Assembly (NCBI GenBank): GCA_964405295.1
Contig: CAYONI010000004.1
Coordinates: 20,698 to 84,697, forward strand
DNA from: an uncultured Methanosarcinales archaeon
GTDB taxonomy: Archaea; Nanobdellota; Nanobdellia; Woesearchaeales; CAYZNE01
Direction: 5' to 3'
DNA: 64,000 nucleotides
The notes below the pieces were generated by a model. It was not told the origin of the DNA. It did no database searches and saw nothing but the letters and a program-made list of their open reading frames with translations. This document shows positions 17,041-25,570 of the stretch, piece after piece (the first letter of the stretch is position 1; each line of letters opens with the position of its first letter). The position numbers were made by a program, and so were the translations under genes.

Positions 17041-18300
17041 TTATTTTAGAATTTCTATTATTTTATCTAACTCTAGAATCTCATCTGTCTTATCAAACAT
17101 ATTCTTCAACTTAAACCTTCCATCTTTTAACTCATTCTCACCAACAAATAAAGCAAAAGGGATCTTTTGAGCTTCAACATACTTCATGTTTTTAGGGAAC
17201 TTTCTATTCATTATATCAAGGTCTGTATTTATTCCTGCATTCCTAAATTGTTTTGCAATTTCCAGACATTCTTTTTGAACTTCTCCAATGGGAACAATAA
17301 ATACTTTTGTAACAGTTTGTTTTAGTTCGATTTTATTTTGTAATTTAAGAACTTCCAAGATTGGCTCTAAACCAAAAGCAATTCCGACTGCAGGGTAATC
17401 TTTATTGTTTCCTGCATAGTCTCCAATCATATTATCATATCTTCCTCCTCCTCCGAGTGAGAAAGAAAATATATTTAGGTCTTTCATTTTAATCTCAAAA
17501 ACATTTCCTGTGTAATATGCTAATCCTCTTGCAAGTTCTGGTGCAAACTTTACACCTTGCACTAAAGAAAATATTTCTTTTAACTCTTTTAGTCCTTCAT
17601 TGTCTGGAAGAATTTTAGAATAGTAATCAAGTTTTTCCCTGTTGTCACCAGGCACATCTAACAGTCTTAATATTTCATCTGCATTCTCAAATCCTTTGTC
17701 TATTAATTCTTGTTTAACTTTTTCAGAACCAAGTTTATCTAGTTTGTCAACTGTTTGAAGAACGCTTTCTATCTTGTTTTTGTTAACTCCTGCTTTTTCA
17801 ATTATTGCAGAAAGTAATAATCTATTGTTAACAAGAATGTTAACATCTAAATTTATTTTTGTAAAAAAATCTTTTGCCAAAGAAAGAATTTCTGCATCTG
17901 CAATCATTTTGTTTGAGCCGACTGTGTCAACATCGCATTGCCAGAATTCTCTGTATCTTCCAAGTTTGATTGGTCCGTCTCTGAATACTCTGCCTATTTG
18001 ATACCTTTTGAAAGGCATTTTAAGGTTTGGATTCATTGCTACGAATCTTGAGAATGGGACTGTTAGATCGAATCTTAGAGCTAGTTCTCTTTCACCTTGA
18101 TCTTTGAATCTGAAAACTTCTTTTAGTATTTCTGCGCCAGAGTCTTTTGTTGCTAGTGTTTCAAATCTTTCTATGATTGGTGTTTCTAGTGGATTGAACC
18201 CATATGATTCAAATATTGTTTTTAGAGTGCTAACTAGGTAATTCCTTGCAATTTTCTCGTTTGGAGCAAAGTCTCTTACTCCTTTTGCTAATTGTACCAT
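17041..18300 (-). CDS. hisS: Histidine--tRNA ligase
   Basis: The N-terminus is KGVRDFAPNE. Class II motif 2 reads RVFRDGPIKLGRYREFWQCD. GGGGRYD is also present. Confidence 0.9.
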   Translation of the reverse strand: MVQLAKGVRDFAPNEKIARNYLVSTLKTIFESYGFNPLETPIIERFETLATKDSGAEILKEVFRFKDQGERELALRFDLTVPFSRFVAMNPNLKMPFKRYQIGRVFRDGPIKLGRYREFWQCDVDTVGSNKMIADAEILSLAKDFFTKINLDVNILVNNRLLLSAIIEKAGVNKNKIESVLQTVDKLDKLGSEKVKQELIDKGFENADEILRLLDVPGDNREKLDYYSKILPDNEGLKELKEIFSLVQGVKFAPELARGLAYYTGNVFEIKMKDLNIFSFSLGGGGRYDNMIGDYAGNNKDYPAVGIAFGLEPILEVLKLQNKIELKQTVTKVFIVPIGEVQKECLEIAKQFRNAGINTDLDIMNRKFPKNMKYVEAQKIPFALFVGENELKDGRFKLKNMFDKTDEILELDKIIEILK

Positions 18301-18353
18301 TTTGGTTTACCTCACTCTTATTTTGATATAGCTATTTTTAAAGTTTAATAAAA

Positions 18354-18428
18354 TGGGGCGGCTGGCGGGAGTTGAACCCGCCCCTGAGGTTCCACAGACC
18401 TCAATGCTACCGATACACTACAGCCACC
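18354..18428 (-). tRNA. tRNA-His (anticodon GUG) with genome-encoded G-1 and 3' CCA
   Basis: I folded the cloverleaf by hand. G-1 pairs with C73. The acceptor stem is GTGGCTG/CAGCCGC and the D loop is ATCGGTA. The anticodon stem GAGGT/ACCTC carries the loop CTGTGGA. The variable loop has 4 nt. The T arm is GCGGG-TTCAACT-CCCGC and the 3' end is CCCA. Confidence 0.9.
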
Positions 18429-18597
18429 ATGAACAGAAATTAATTGATATATAGCGTTGCCTATGAAAAAGAACTAACAATGAAATTCTACTTTAAAGCC
18501 ATATATTTTTTGCATAATAAGAATTAGTGAAGGTTTATTTATAAATATTACTATCTACCTTTATTTTTACTACTCATAAGTAATAAAAAGTAGAAAG

Positions 18598-18607
18598 TTT
18601 TATAAAT
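18598..18607 (+). promoter_or_regulatory. TATA box (ttttataaat) for the SLT-LysM gene
   Basis: It lies 22 nt upstream of ATG 18629, implying a leaderless transcript. Confidence 0.5.
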
Positions 18608-18628
18608 CATAAAATTAGATTAGGTAGT

Positions 18629-19672
18629 ATGAGTATACGTTACAATGGAGAATTGATAGATCGTGCTAGTAATAAGATAAATATATACTACCATGGGCAG
18701 TTGATTAGTAGTGGTAGGTCAACAGCTGTAGCTATAGCTAAGCCTAAATTAAAGAATAAGGGAAGGTATTTTCTTGCAGGGTTAGCTTTATGGGCATCTA
18801 TTTCATGGTTTGCTAAATTAAACAAGCAAAGCGTTGTTCCAAATTTTTCAAACAACTTAGAATCTGAATTAAATGAAAAAGATATTACTAAACTCAATCT
18901 TGAAGATAAAGTTTTAACTCAGGAACCACAAACAAAAATAATTACCGAAAATTATAACTTGCTTGATGATTTAGTAAAAAAGAAGGTATCTGAATATAAA
19001 GCAAATCCAACAATAGTAAATAGCCTAAAGGGTTTTTTCTCAGAACTATCTAGATATGATGATGAAATAATTAAAGCATCGAAATTGCATAATTCTACAG
19101 TAAATTTTCTTTATGCTCAATCTTCACAAGAATCTGAAGGAGATTTGAGAGCAGCATCCAAAGCAGATGCAAAGGGGCTTATGCAGTTTATGGAATCTAC
19201 TGGTAAAGAGATGGGGTTAAGAATAGATAATTTTATTGATGAAAGATATTCTCCTAAAACAATAGTTAAAGGAGCTGAGTATCTTAGGAAGCATGTTAAA
19301 TCTGATAAAGATTATGTTTTGCTTGCAGCTTATAATGCTGGACCAACTAAAATTAATAAAATTGTTAAGAAGTATGGAGATGATTGGGAAATTTTTTCAA
19401 AGCATATTCCAAAAGAAACTCGTCTGTATATAGTAAGAACTAAAGCAAGAGAGCAATTATTAAATGAATCTTTTGAATTTGAAAAAAGAAAACTTTTTTC
19501 TCAAGAAATTTCAGAATCAGATAGGTACATAGTTCAAAAGGGGGACAATATTTATACAATTGCAAAGAATAATAAAATTCCTCTAAAAGAAGTAAAAAGA
19601 CTAAATCCTACAATAAGGGATTATAGTAAAATTTATGTTGGGTTAGAATTAAACATTCCTAAAAGTTCTTAA
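18629..19672 (+). CDS. Membrane-anchored lytic transglycosylase (SLT/goose-lysozyme-like domain) with a C-terminal LysM domain
   Basis: The TM anchor is YFLAGLALWASISWFAKL. SLT motifs are AQSSQESEGDLRAASKADAKGLMQFMESTG and AAYNAGP. The LysM domain reads YIVQKGDNIYTIAKNNKIPLKEVKRLNPTIRDYSKIYVGLELNIP. Confidence 0.85.
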   Translation: MSIRYNGELIDRASNKINIYYHGQLISSGRSTAVAIAKPKLKNKGRYFLAGLALWASISWFAKLNKQSVVPNFSNNLESELNEKDITKLNLEDKVLTQEPQTKIITENYNLLDDLVKKKVSEYKANPTIVNSLKGFFSELSRYDDEIIKASKLHNSTVNFLYAQSSQESEGDLRAASKADAKGLMQFMESTGKEMGLRIDNFIDERYSPKTIVKGAEYLRKHVKSDKDYVLLAAYNAGPTKINKIVKKYGDDWEIFSKHIPKETRLYIVRTKAREQLLNESFEFEKRKLFSQEISESDRYIVQKGDNIYTIAKNNKIPLKEVKRLNPTIRDYSKIYVGLELNIPKSS

Positions 19673-20529
19673 GTTCCTCTGAATTGAGCGATTTTGATAT
19701 TCATACTGTAGTTTCTATTTTGATTTTGCTTAATAATTTCACATCTTTGTCCTGGTGACCAATATTTTTTATTTTTTTGATCAGGTATATTCGTAACAGG
19801 TTCAATACAAAACATTGTTGCATTCTCTAAATCGTCATGGCTAGTCCAAAGCATCATCTCTCCAAACCCTTTTGTTCCCATGATTAAAAGTCCTTTTTCG
19901 TGGTGATAGGTCATTTCTGTGGCTCCATGATAGAAAATTGCTCTCTCGCTATCTACTAGTTCTTTAAGTGAAGTTCTCTCTTGTCTGGTATCTGATTCAA
20001 AATCTATTTTATCCCGCGCGCCAATCACTTTGAATGCAGGATGCATCCCCAAATTATATTTAATAACTCGTTCTGAAGTATTTTTTAGAACAACATCTGT
20101 TAAAAGTTCATTTGGTCTAACTATTATTGTTTGTTCCAGGGTGTATGGTAAAAAGCTCATAACTCCAGGGAGTTTTCCTTGTCTTGGGTTTTCAATTACT
20201 GAACCGCCATATTCTTGAACTAAAATTATGTAATCATTCCCAGACTCTTTAATTATCCAGGGTAGTGCTCTTGAGAGTCCATGGCTTCCAAGAAGATATT
20301 TCCTATCATTAAGAATTACTGCATCATTTTTTGCTGTAGATATTATTGGGAACATAAACATCATAGATCTGTTCCATGCTTTAGGATGAATGGCTACTTC
20401 TGGGTTTATAGTGTTGTGCCAGTATTATACTCCTTTGTATTTAAAGCTAAAAATCTGTCCTGTTGGTTTATGAATAAAGGCTTCTGTAAGTGGTCCACTC
20501 TTAATATTTATTATTTCTGAGGTATTCAT
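19669..20529 (-). pseudogene. Aldose 1-epimerase-family gene interrupted by an in-frame TAA at 20425-20427
   Basis: ATG 20529 lies 23 nt downstream of a TATA box (ctttaaatac). It is in frame with the listed 19669..20364 ORF. The translation reads MNTSEIINIKSGPLTEAFIHKPTGQIFSFKYKGV*YWHNTINPEVAIHPKAWNRSMMFMFPIIS... The downstream part carries the family motifs FPIISTAKND...YLLGSHGLSRALPW and GMHPAF. Confidence 0.6.
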
Positions 20530-20550
20530 AAAAAAGGAGAATGAAAATGG

Positions 20551-20560
20551 GTATTTAAAG
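20551..20560 (-). promoter_or_regulatory. TATA box (ctttaaatac on the minus strand) for the epimerase-like gene
   Basis: It lies 23 nt upstream of ATG 20529. This supports the longer gene model that contains the in-frame stop. Confidence 0.5.
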
Positions 20561-20616
20561 TTTTGTGTTGAATATCAGAGTAATTTTTTTAAATACTGGT
20601 ACTATTTCTATATTAT

Positions 20617-21129
20617 ATGGATAATTACTACGACACTATTGCAGACTCCTATGATGAGCTCTATAAAGAAGAACAGTTCGAGAAAGTTAATATTGTAAAG
20701 AAATATATTAAAATTAAACAAGAGTATAAACTTCTTGATGTTGGCTGTGGTAATGCTTTTTATTTAGATGATTTTAATTGTGAATGCACAGGCATAGATC
20801 CTTCTGAAAAATTATTATCTTTGTATAATGGGAAACAAGAGGTTTTTATGGGAGAGTCAGAGAACATTCCTTTCCAAGCAGAAGAGTTTGATGTGGTAAC
20901 TTCTTTTACTGCAATACAAAATTTCAAAAACATAAAACAAGGCCTTAATGAAATAAAAAGAGTTGGTAAAAATATCTTTGCTCTAACTTTTATTAAGAAA
21001 AGTGTGAATGCAGAACATACTCTTTATCTAATAAAGAGTATTTTTTCTGAATTTGATATTCAAGAGATAGAACATAGTAAAGATATTATTTTGATTCTCA
21101 AAAAAGATAATAATATTACATTTAAATAA
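20617..21129 (+). CDS. Class I SAM-dependent methyltransferase
   Basis: Motif I reads LLDVGCGNAFY. A TATA-like tttttaaatac at 20586-20596 lies 21 nt upstream of the ATG. Confidence 0.75.
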   Translation: MDNYYDTIADSYDELYKEEQFEKVNIVKKYIKIKQEYKLLDVGCGNAFYLDDFNCECTGIDPSEKLLSLYNGKQEVFMGESENIPFQAEEFDVVTSFTAIQNFKNIKQGLNEIKRVGKNIFALTFIKKSVNAEHTLYLIKSIFSEFDIQEIEHSKDIILILKKDNNITFK

Positions 21130-21191
21130 TAGATATAAGCTTTTTTGGACGATATTATTTTTAGTTAAATATTTTTGAAAAGAATATCATC

Positions 21192-21488
21192 TTAAAAAAG
21201 AATTAAACTTCCTACTGCATTGACATTGTTCATTAAAACTTCTAAGTATTTATTTCTGTTTATTATGCCTTCAAGTTTGAATGCTAAGTCATTGTTTCCT
21301 AAATCGTTTCTTATCCAATCGGCAAAGTCATTTTTATTGCTTTCTTCATCAACATGGTACTTGAAATTCTTTTCATCCATTTCTCTTACGAGTGTTATGA
21401 AGTGGCTCATATTTCTGATCTTTGGCCAGTATTTTGGTAAAAAATCTGATTTAATTAAACTCTCTGTAGTAGATTGTTTTATTCTCAT
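21192..21488 (-). CDS. Hypothetical protein
   Basis: 98 aa with balanced composition. A TATA box (agtttataaatg on the minus strand, 21509-21520) lies 23 nt upstream. The overlapping plus-strand ORF is S/L/F-rich, as expected for antisense sequence. Confidence 0.5.
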   Translation of the reverse strand: MRIKQSTTESLIKSDFLPKYWPKIRNMSHFITLVREMDEKNFKYHVDEESNKNDFADWIRNDLGNNDLAFKLEGIINRNKYLEVLMNNVNAVGSLILF

Positions 21489-21556
21489 GTAGCTTAGTAT
21501 ACGCTTTTCATTTATAAACTTTTCTATTTATAGCCACTAAGAAGTAGTAACAAAGC

Positions 21557-22711
21557 TTATATCTTAAGAATTCTATCAATAATACCCTTTTTACTCCAAG
21601 ATTTGACTGTTTTAGAAATAATCTTAATTGCATAATCAACATCTTCTTGCGTTGTAAACCTGCTTAGAGTAAGTCTAATTGAAGAGTTAGCATCTTCATC
21701 ACTCAAGCCTATTGCTTTTAGAACATGGCTTAAATCAGTGTTATTTGCTGAGCATGCTGAAGCAAGAGATGAAGAAATACCTTTATTATTAAGCTTTGAT
21801 CCCAGTGAAGGAGCATCAATTCCTTTGAAACAAATATTTATGTTATTACACAATCTATTTTTTTTTGGTCCATTGAGTTTTGAATTGTCTATTTTCAATA
21901 GTTCAGAAATAATTTGATTTCTCAGTTCTGTCATATATGCAACATGTTTCTTATTTGCAATCTCAACTGCTTTTGCAAAGCCAACTATTGCAGGAATATT
22001 TTCTGTGCCAGCTCTAAGGCCAAATTCATGACCTCCACCATGTTGCCATGCCTCGATATTAGTTCCTTTTTTTATAAACAATGCACCAACACCTTTTGGT
22101 CCATGAATCTTGTGTGCATTCAAAGTAATTAGGTCAACGTCCTTAGAATCTAGTTCTGTTTTAGTAAAACTTTGACATGCATCAGTGTGAAAATAAATAT
22201 TATGTTTTTTGCAAATATTCCCAAGTATTTCTAAATCTTGAATTGTTCCAATCTCATTGTTACCGTGAATAATTGAAACAAGAATGGTTTTATCTGTAAT
22301 TGCACTCTCTAAAACTTCTGGTTTAACAAAGCCTTTTTTATCAACATCTAAATAAGTAATTCCAAAACCCTGTTTCTCTAACCACTTACAACTTTCTAGA
22401 ATGCAGTCATGCTCTATCTTTGTTGTTATGATGTGGTTCCCTTTCTTTTTATTTGTGAATGCAATACTTTTGATTGTAATATTATTTGATTCGGTTCCCC
22501 CTGATGTGAAAATAATTTCCTCAGGCTTAGTATTTAGTGCTTTTGCGATAATCTTTCTAGAGTTTTCTAATGCCTCTTTTGCTTCTTCACCTTTTGAATG
22601 AGAAGATGATGCGTTGCCATACATTTCATCAAAGTATGGCTGCATAGATTTAATTACTTCAGGATCAACTCTTGTTGTTGCGCCAGTGTCTAAGTAAATT
22701 TGTTTTGCCAT
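21557..22711 (-). CDS. Cysteine desulfurase (NifS/IscS class V aminotransferase)
   Basis: The N-terminus is MAKQIYLDTGATT. The PLP-binding lysine context is NAHKIHGPKGVGALF. GGGHEFGLRAGTEN is also present. The start is trimmed to ATG 22711, which has a TATA box about 24 nt upstream. Confidence 0.85.
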   Translation of the reverse strand: MAKQIYLDTGATTRVDPEVIKSMQPYFDEMYGNASSSHSKGEEAKEALENSRKIIAKALNTKPEEIIFTSGGTESNNITIKSIAFTNKKKGNHIITTKIEHDCILESCKWLEKQGFGITYLDVDKKGFVKPEVLESAITDKTILVSIIHGNNEIGTIQDLEILGNICKKHNIYFHTDACQSFTKTELDSKDVDLITLNAHKIHGPKGVGALFIKKGTNIEAWQHGGGHEFGLRAGTENIPAIVGFAKAVEIANKKHVAYMTELRNQIISELLKIDNSKLNGPKKNRLCNNINICFKGIDAPSLGSKLNNKGISSSLASACSANNTDLSHVLKAIGLSDEDANSSIRLTLSRFTTQEDVDYAIKIISKTVKSWSKKGIIDRILKI

Positions 22712-22835
22712 ATAGGTACAGAATGTGATACAACCTTTATATATTTGTTGCAATTATTGAAATAACTGTATATAACTTCAAATTAAACCAAACTTATCAA
22801 AAACTATTTAATTAATGAAGATTGCTTAATAAAGT

Positions 22836-23111
22836 ATGGATAAAAATAAATTAATAATTTTATTAATATTGGTTTCAAGTGTTATTGTGTTATCTGTATG
22901 TACTTTAACAGAACCAAATGTTACTAAAGGAATATGCAATAATAACTCTGGAAATTGGGTTGAAGAATATAGTGAATGTGAATTTATTTCAGAGGAGCTT
23001 TGTTTAGAATTAAGTGGGGTTTATACCGAATGTGGTTCTGCTTGCAGACATTCAGAAGATACAACTATTGCTTGTACAATGCAATGTGTTCCTCTTTGTA
23101 GTTTTAACTAA
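22836..23111 (+). CDS. Small secreted cysteine-rich protein, possibly a lipoprotein
   Basis: 91 aa. The signal peptide ends in VLSVC, which is lipobox-like. The mature part of about 65 aa has 9 further Cys. Confidence 0.5.
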   Translation: MDKNKLIILLILVSSVIVLSVCTLTEPNVTKGICNNNSGNWVEEYSECEFISEELCLELSGVYTECGSACRHSEDTTIACTMQCVPLCSFN

Positions 23112-23994
23112 ACAACTTACCAAAAAACCCTAATTTACCTTTAATTTCAAAGTCTACACAGACCCTGTATTTTTTAGGTGAGTATTGGCCGCATTTTGTA
23201 AATTTTAGAATTTTAACTTTCAACTTGTTCTTTTTTGCAGCTTTTAAAATTTTCTTTTTGCAATCATTAAAGTCATTAACATGCAAGAAGTCATAAAAGT
23301 GAATAATAGTTCCTTTCTTTGCAAACCTGAAAGCATCACTTAGAAATTCATCTGCAGTCTTAGGTAATGGCATTGCAATTCTATCATAAACAACAGGAGC
23401 ATTTATTTTTTCTAAATCAGAAACTTTTACTTTGTGAACATCTGCATTCAATAAAAATGAATTCTTAATTTTATTTAATTTAACATTCTCTTCTGCATAA
23501 TTATGTGCATCAGGATTAATTTCTATTCCTGTAACGGTTTTCGCTTTTGTATTTTTAGAGATAACACAAATATATGGTGCTGCACCTGAAAACATTACTA
23601 AAACATTTTCATTTGGTTTAATTTGTTCATAAATTCTTTTTCTTTCAGTGCTTAATCTTGAAGAGAAATAAGTTTTTTCAACATCAAACTTTAACCTAAC
23701 ATTGTTTTCTTTATACTCGCAGATTTTTGTTTTTTCTCCTGCAAGCCAAGTCATTTTTTGCGTTCTAAAAACACCACTGTGTTCTGCAGCTTTCTTTAGA
23801 ACAGTTGTTATTTTAGGATTGCTGTTTAATAGAGTTTCTGCAATCACTTTCTCTTTCTCTAGAAGAGACTCTGGAATTTCAATAATTGCAATATTCCCTA
23901 GAATATCGTGTGCAGTTTTAACTACTTCCATCTCTTCCTTTGTCAGAATTTTACTCAACGCTTCTTTAAACGTAGGAATCTTTTGCTTGGCCAT
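23104..23994 (-). CDS. trm5: tRNA (guanine37-N1)-methyltransferase Trm5 (Met-10+ family)
   Basis: Motifs seen are FDVEKTYFSSRLSTERKRI, VLVMFSGAAPY and GIEINPDAHNYAEENVKLNKI. Confidence 0.8.
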   Translation of the reverse strand: MAKQKIPTFKEALSKILTKEEMEVVKTAHDILGNIAIIEIPESLLEKEKVIAETLLNSNPKITTVLKKAAEHSGVFRTQKMTWLAGEKTKICEYKENNVRLKFDVEKTYFSSRLSTERKRIYEQIKPNENVLVMFSGAAPYICVISKNTKAKTVTGIEINPDAHNYAEENVKLNKIKNSFLLNADVHKVKVSDLEKINAPVVYDRIAMPLPKTADEFLSDAFRFAKKGTIIHFYDFLHVNDFNDCKKKILKAAKKNKLKVKILKFTKCGQYSPKKYRVCVDFEIKGKLGFFGKLFS

Positions 23995-24854
23995 TTTCTC
24001 TTATGAATACCTTTGGCTTTTAAAGTTTTATTGTGTGTTTCAAGGTAAACTCCCGATACAATAAGGATTGCTCCGCCAATAAGAATTGTGGGATTAAGTT
24101 TTTCACTAAGAATAATTACTGCAAAGATTACGCTTGCAATAGGATATGTTATTGTTGAGATAATAGAGCCTGTTTCTGCTTCTAATTTCTCTAATCCTAA
24201 ATTATAAAAGAAGTAACCGAAGCCTGTTGTGATTAATCCAATAATAAAAACATAAATACTTAATTTTCCTAAACCAAAAATTATTGGGAAAGGTAATAAA
24301 AATATTGATGCAAAAAAGAAAAACCAGAAAACATCGCCTACTGGATGAGTTGTATTTTCTTTTCTCATTAGAACAATAAGTGTTGCATCTAGAAGTGCTA
24401 GAAATAATGCAATTCCATAAACCAAAATTTCCCCTCCAACTTTAAAAGGATTAATAATTAATAAACCAACAATTGCAATAGCTAAAGTTATTATTTTTGT
24501 TTTAGTGATTTTCTCTCTAAGAATAAAATAACCTAATATTAGAACAAAGAATGGTGCACTAGATGAAATAGCTGCTAAATTTTGTATTGGTGCTTTAAGA
24601 TAAACATAAGTGCTTAGTCCAAGATTGACTGCAAACACTAAACCAATAATTGCATACATGCCTAAATCTTTTTTGAGTGGTTTAAAAGTTGTTTTATCAA
24701 CAATAGGGCATAGAATTGCAAGAGTTATCATTGCAAAGAAAACTCTGTAGAACGCAATCACACCTGGATGAACATCTGCACCAATAAGTTTTGTTAGGAT
24801 ACCTATGGATGCAAGTAGTATGGCTGCAATTATAATCTTAAACTCTGGCTTCAT
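23955..24854 (-). CDS. EamA/DMT-family transporter
   Basis: About 10 TM helices in two repeated halves, the typical EamA pattern. Confidence 0.7.
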   Translation of the reverse strand: MKPEFKIIIAAILLASIGILTKLIGADVHPGVIAFYRVFFAMITLAILCPIVDKTTFKPLKKDLGMYAIIGLVFAVNLGLSTYVYLKAPIQNLAAISSSAPFFVLILGYFILREKITKTKIITLAIAIVGLLIINPFKVGGEILVYGIALFLALLDATLIVLMRKENTTHPVGDVFWFFFFASIFLLPFPIIFGLGKLSIYVFIIGLITTGFGYFFYNLGLEKLEAETGSIISTITYPIASVIFAVIILSEKLNPTILIGGAILIVSGVYLETHNKTLKAKGIHKRKWPSKRFLRLKKR

Positions 24855-24942
24855 GAATCTTGTTTTGCTTTTCCCCTTTTAAAGGGTTTTTGTTTGATTA
24901 ATAGTAGCAAGGTTTAAATACTTGGCATATTTTCACTATCTT

Positions 24943-25509
24943 ATGGATTATGTTTCAATAACAGGTATCAATGAACAAGCTGTATTAAGTCAAATATTTG
25001 ATTATGTTGTTTCATCTAATTCAAATAATTCTCCGACTGAAATAAAATTGACAACCAGTTCTTTGATTCTAGATTATGGTAAAATAGATAGTAAAACTTA
25101 TGAAAAATTAGTAGGGTCAACTAATGAATCTAATTTCTCTTCACATAAATTTATTGATTGTATTGATGAATTATTAAGTGTTAATAATAATATCTCTTAT
25201 TTTAAAGGACCTGATGGTGATGAATTTAGTCATAATAAAATCCCGATAGCAATAACTGTTCTAAGTGGGGATAAAGTTATATCTAAATATTCTTTTACAG
25301 AAATTGAAAAAGGTACAAGTTGGTTAGGTGGTTATCATTTTCATAGAGGAAAAATAAAAAAAGCATTACTTAAGTTAGGTCAGAAAATCCCTTTTAAGTC
25401 TAGTCTAAAGAAATCTATTAAAACACATTTAAAGTCAATAGATGATACTCTTCAAGAATGCATTGATCATCCTTTTTACGCAAATCTTATTATTAATTCC
25501 GCTGAATAG
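24943..25509 (+). CDS. Hypothetical protein
   Basis: ATG 24943 (MDYVSITG) lies 23 nt downstream of gtttaaatac. The track start is TTG 24922. Confidence 0.45.
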   Translation: MDYVSITGINEQAVLSQIFDYVVSSNSNNSPTEIKLTTSSLILDYGKIDSKTYEKLVGSTNESNFSSHKFIDCIDELLSVNNNISYFKGPDGDEFSHNKIPIAITVLSGDKVISKYSFTEIEKGTSWLGGYHFHRGKIKKALLKLGQKIPFKSSLKKSIKTHLKSIDDTLQECIDHPFYANLIINSAE

Positions 25510-25570
25510 TATCAAATACACTACCCAACTCAGCATAAAACTTATAAACATCTCATTATTGCATTATCTA

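Noticed and set aside
21220-21492. 90-aa plus-strand ORF overlapping the 21192-21488 minus-strand ORF
   Set aside because: The plus-strand product is S/L/F-rich. The minus-strand gene has balanced composition and a TATA box 23 nt upstream of its ATG.
25442-25570. Upstream extensions of several ORF-track calls (XPD 25442, desulfurase 22753, NUDIX 31694, thermosome 35297, Sec61beta 54641, 56583, 14393, PMM 58639, HAD 49351)
   Set aside because: The extensions overlap neighbouring genes or contain the promoter itself. Conserved N-terminal motifs and the 21-27 nt TATA-to-ATG rule point to internal ATGs.
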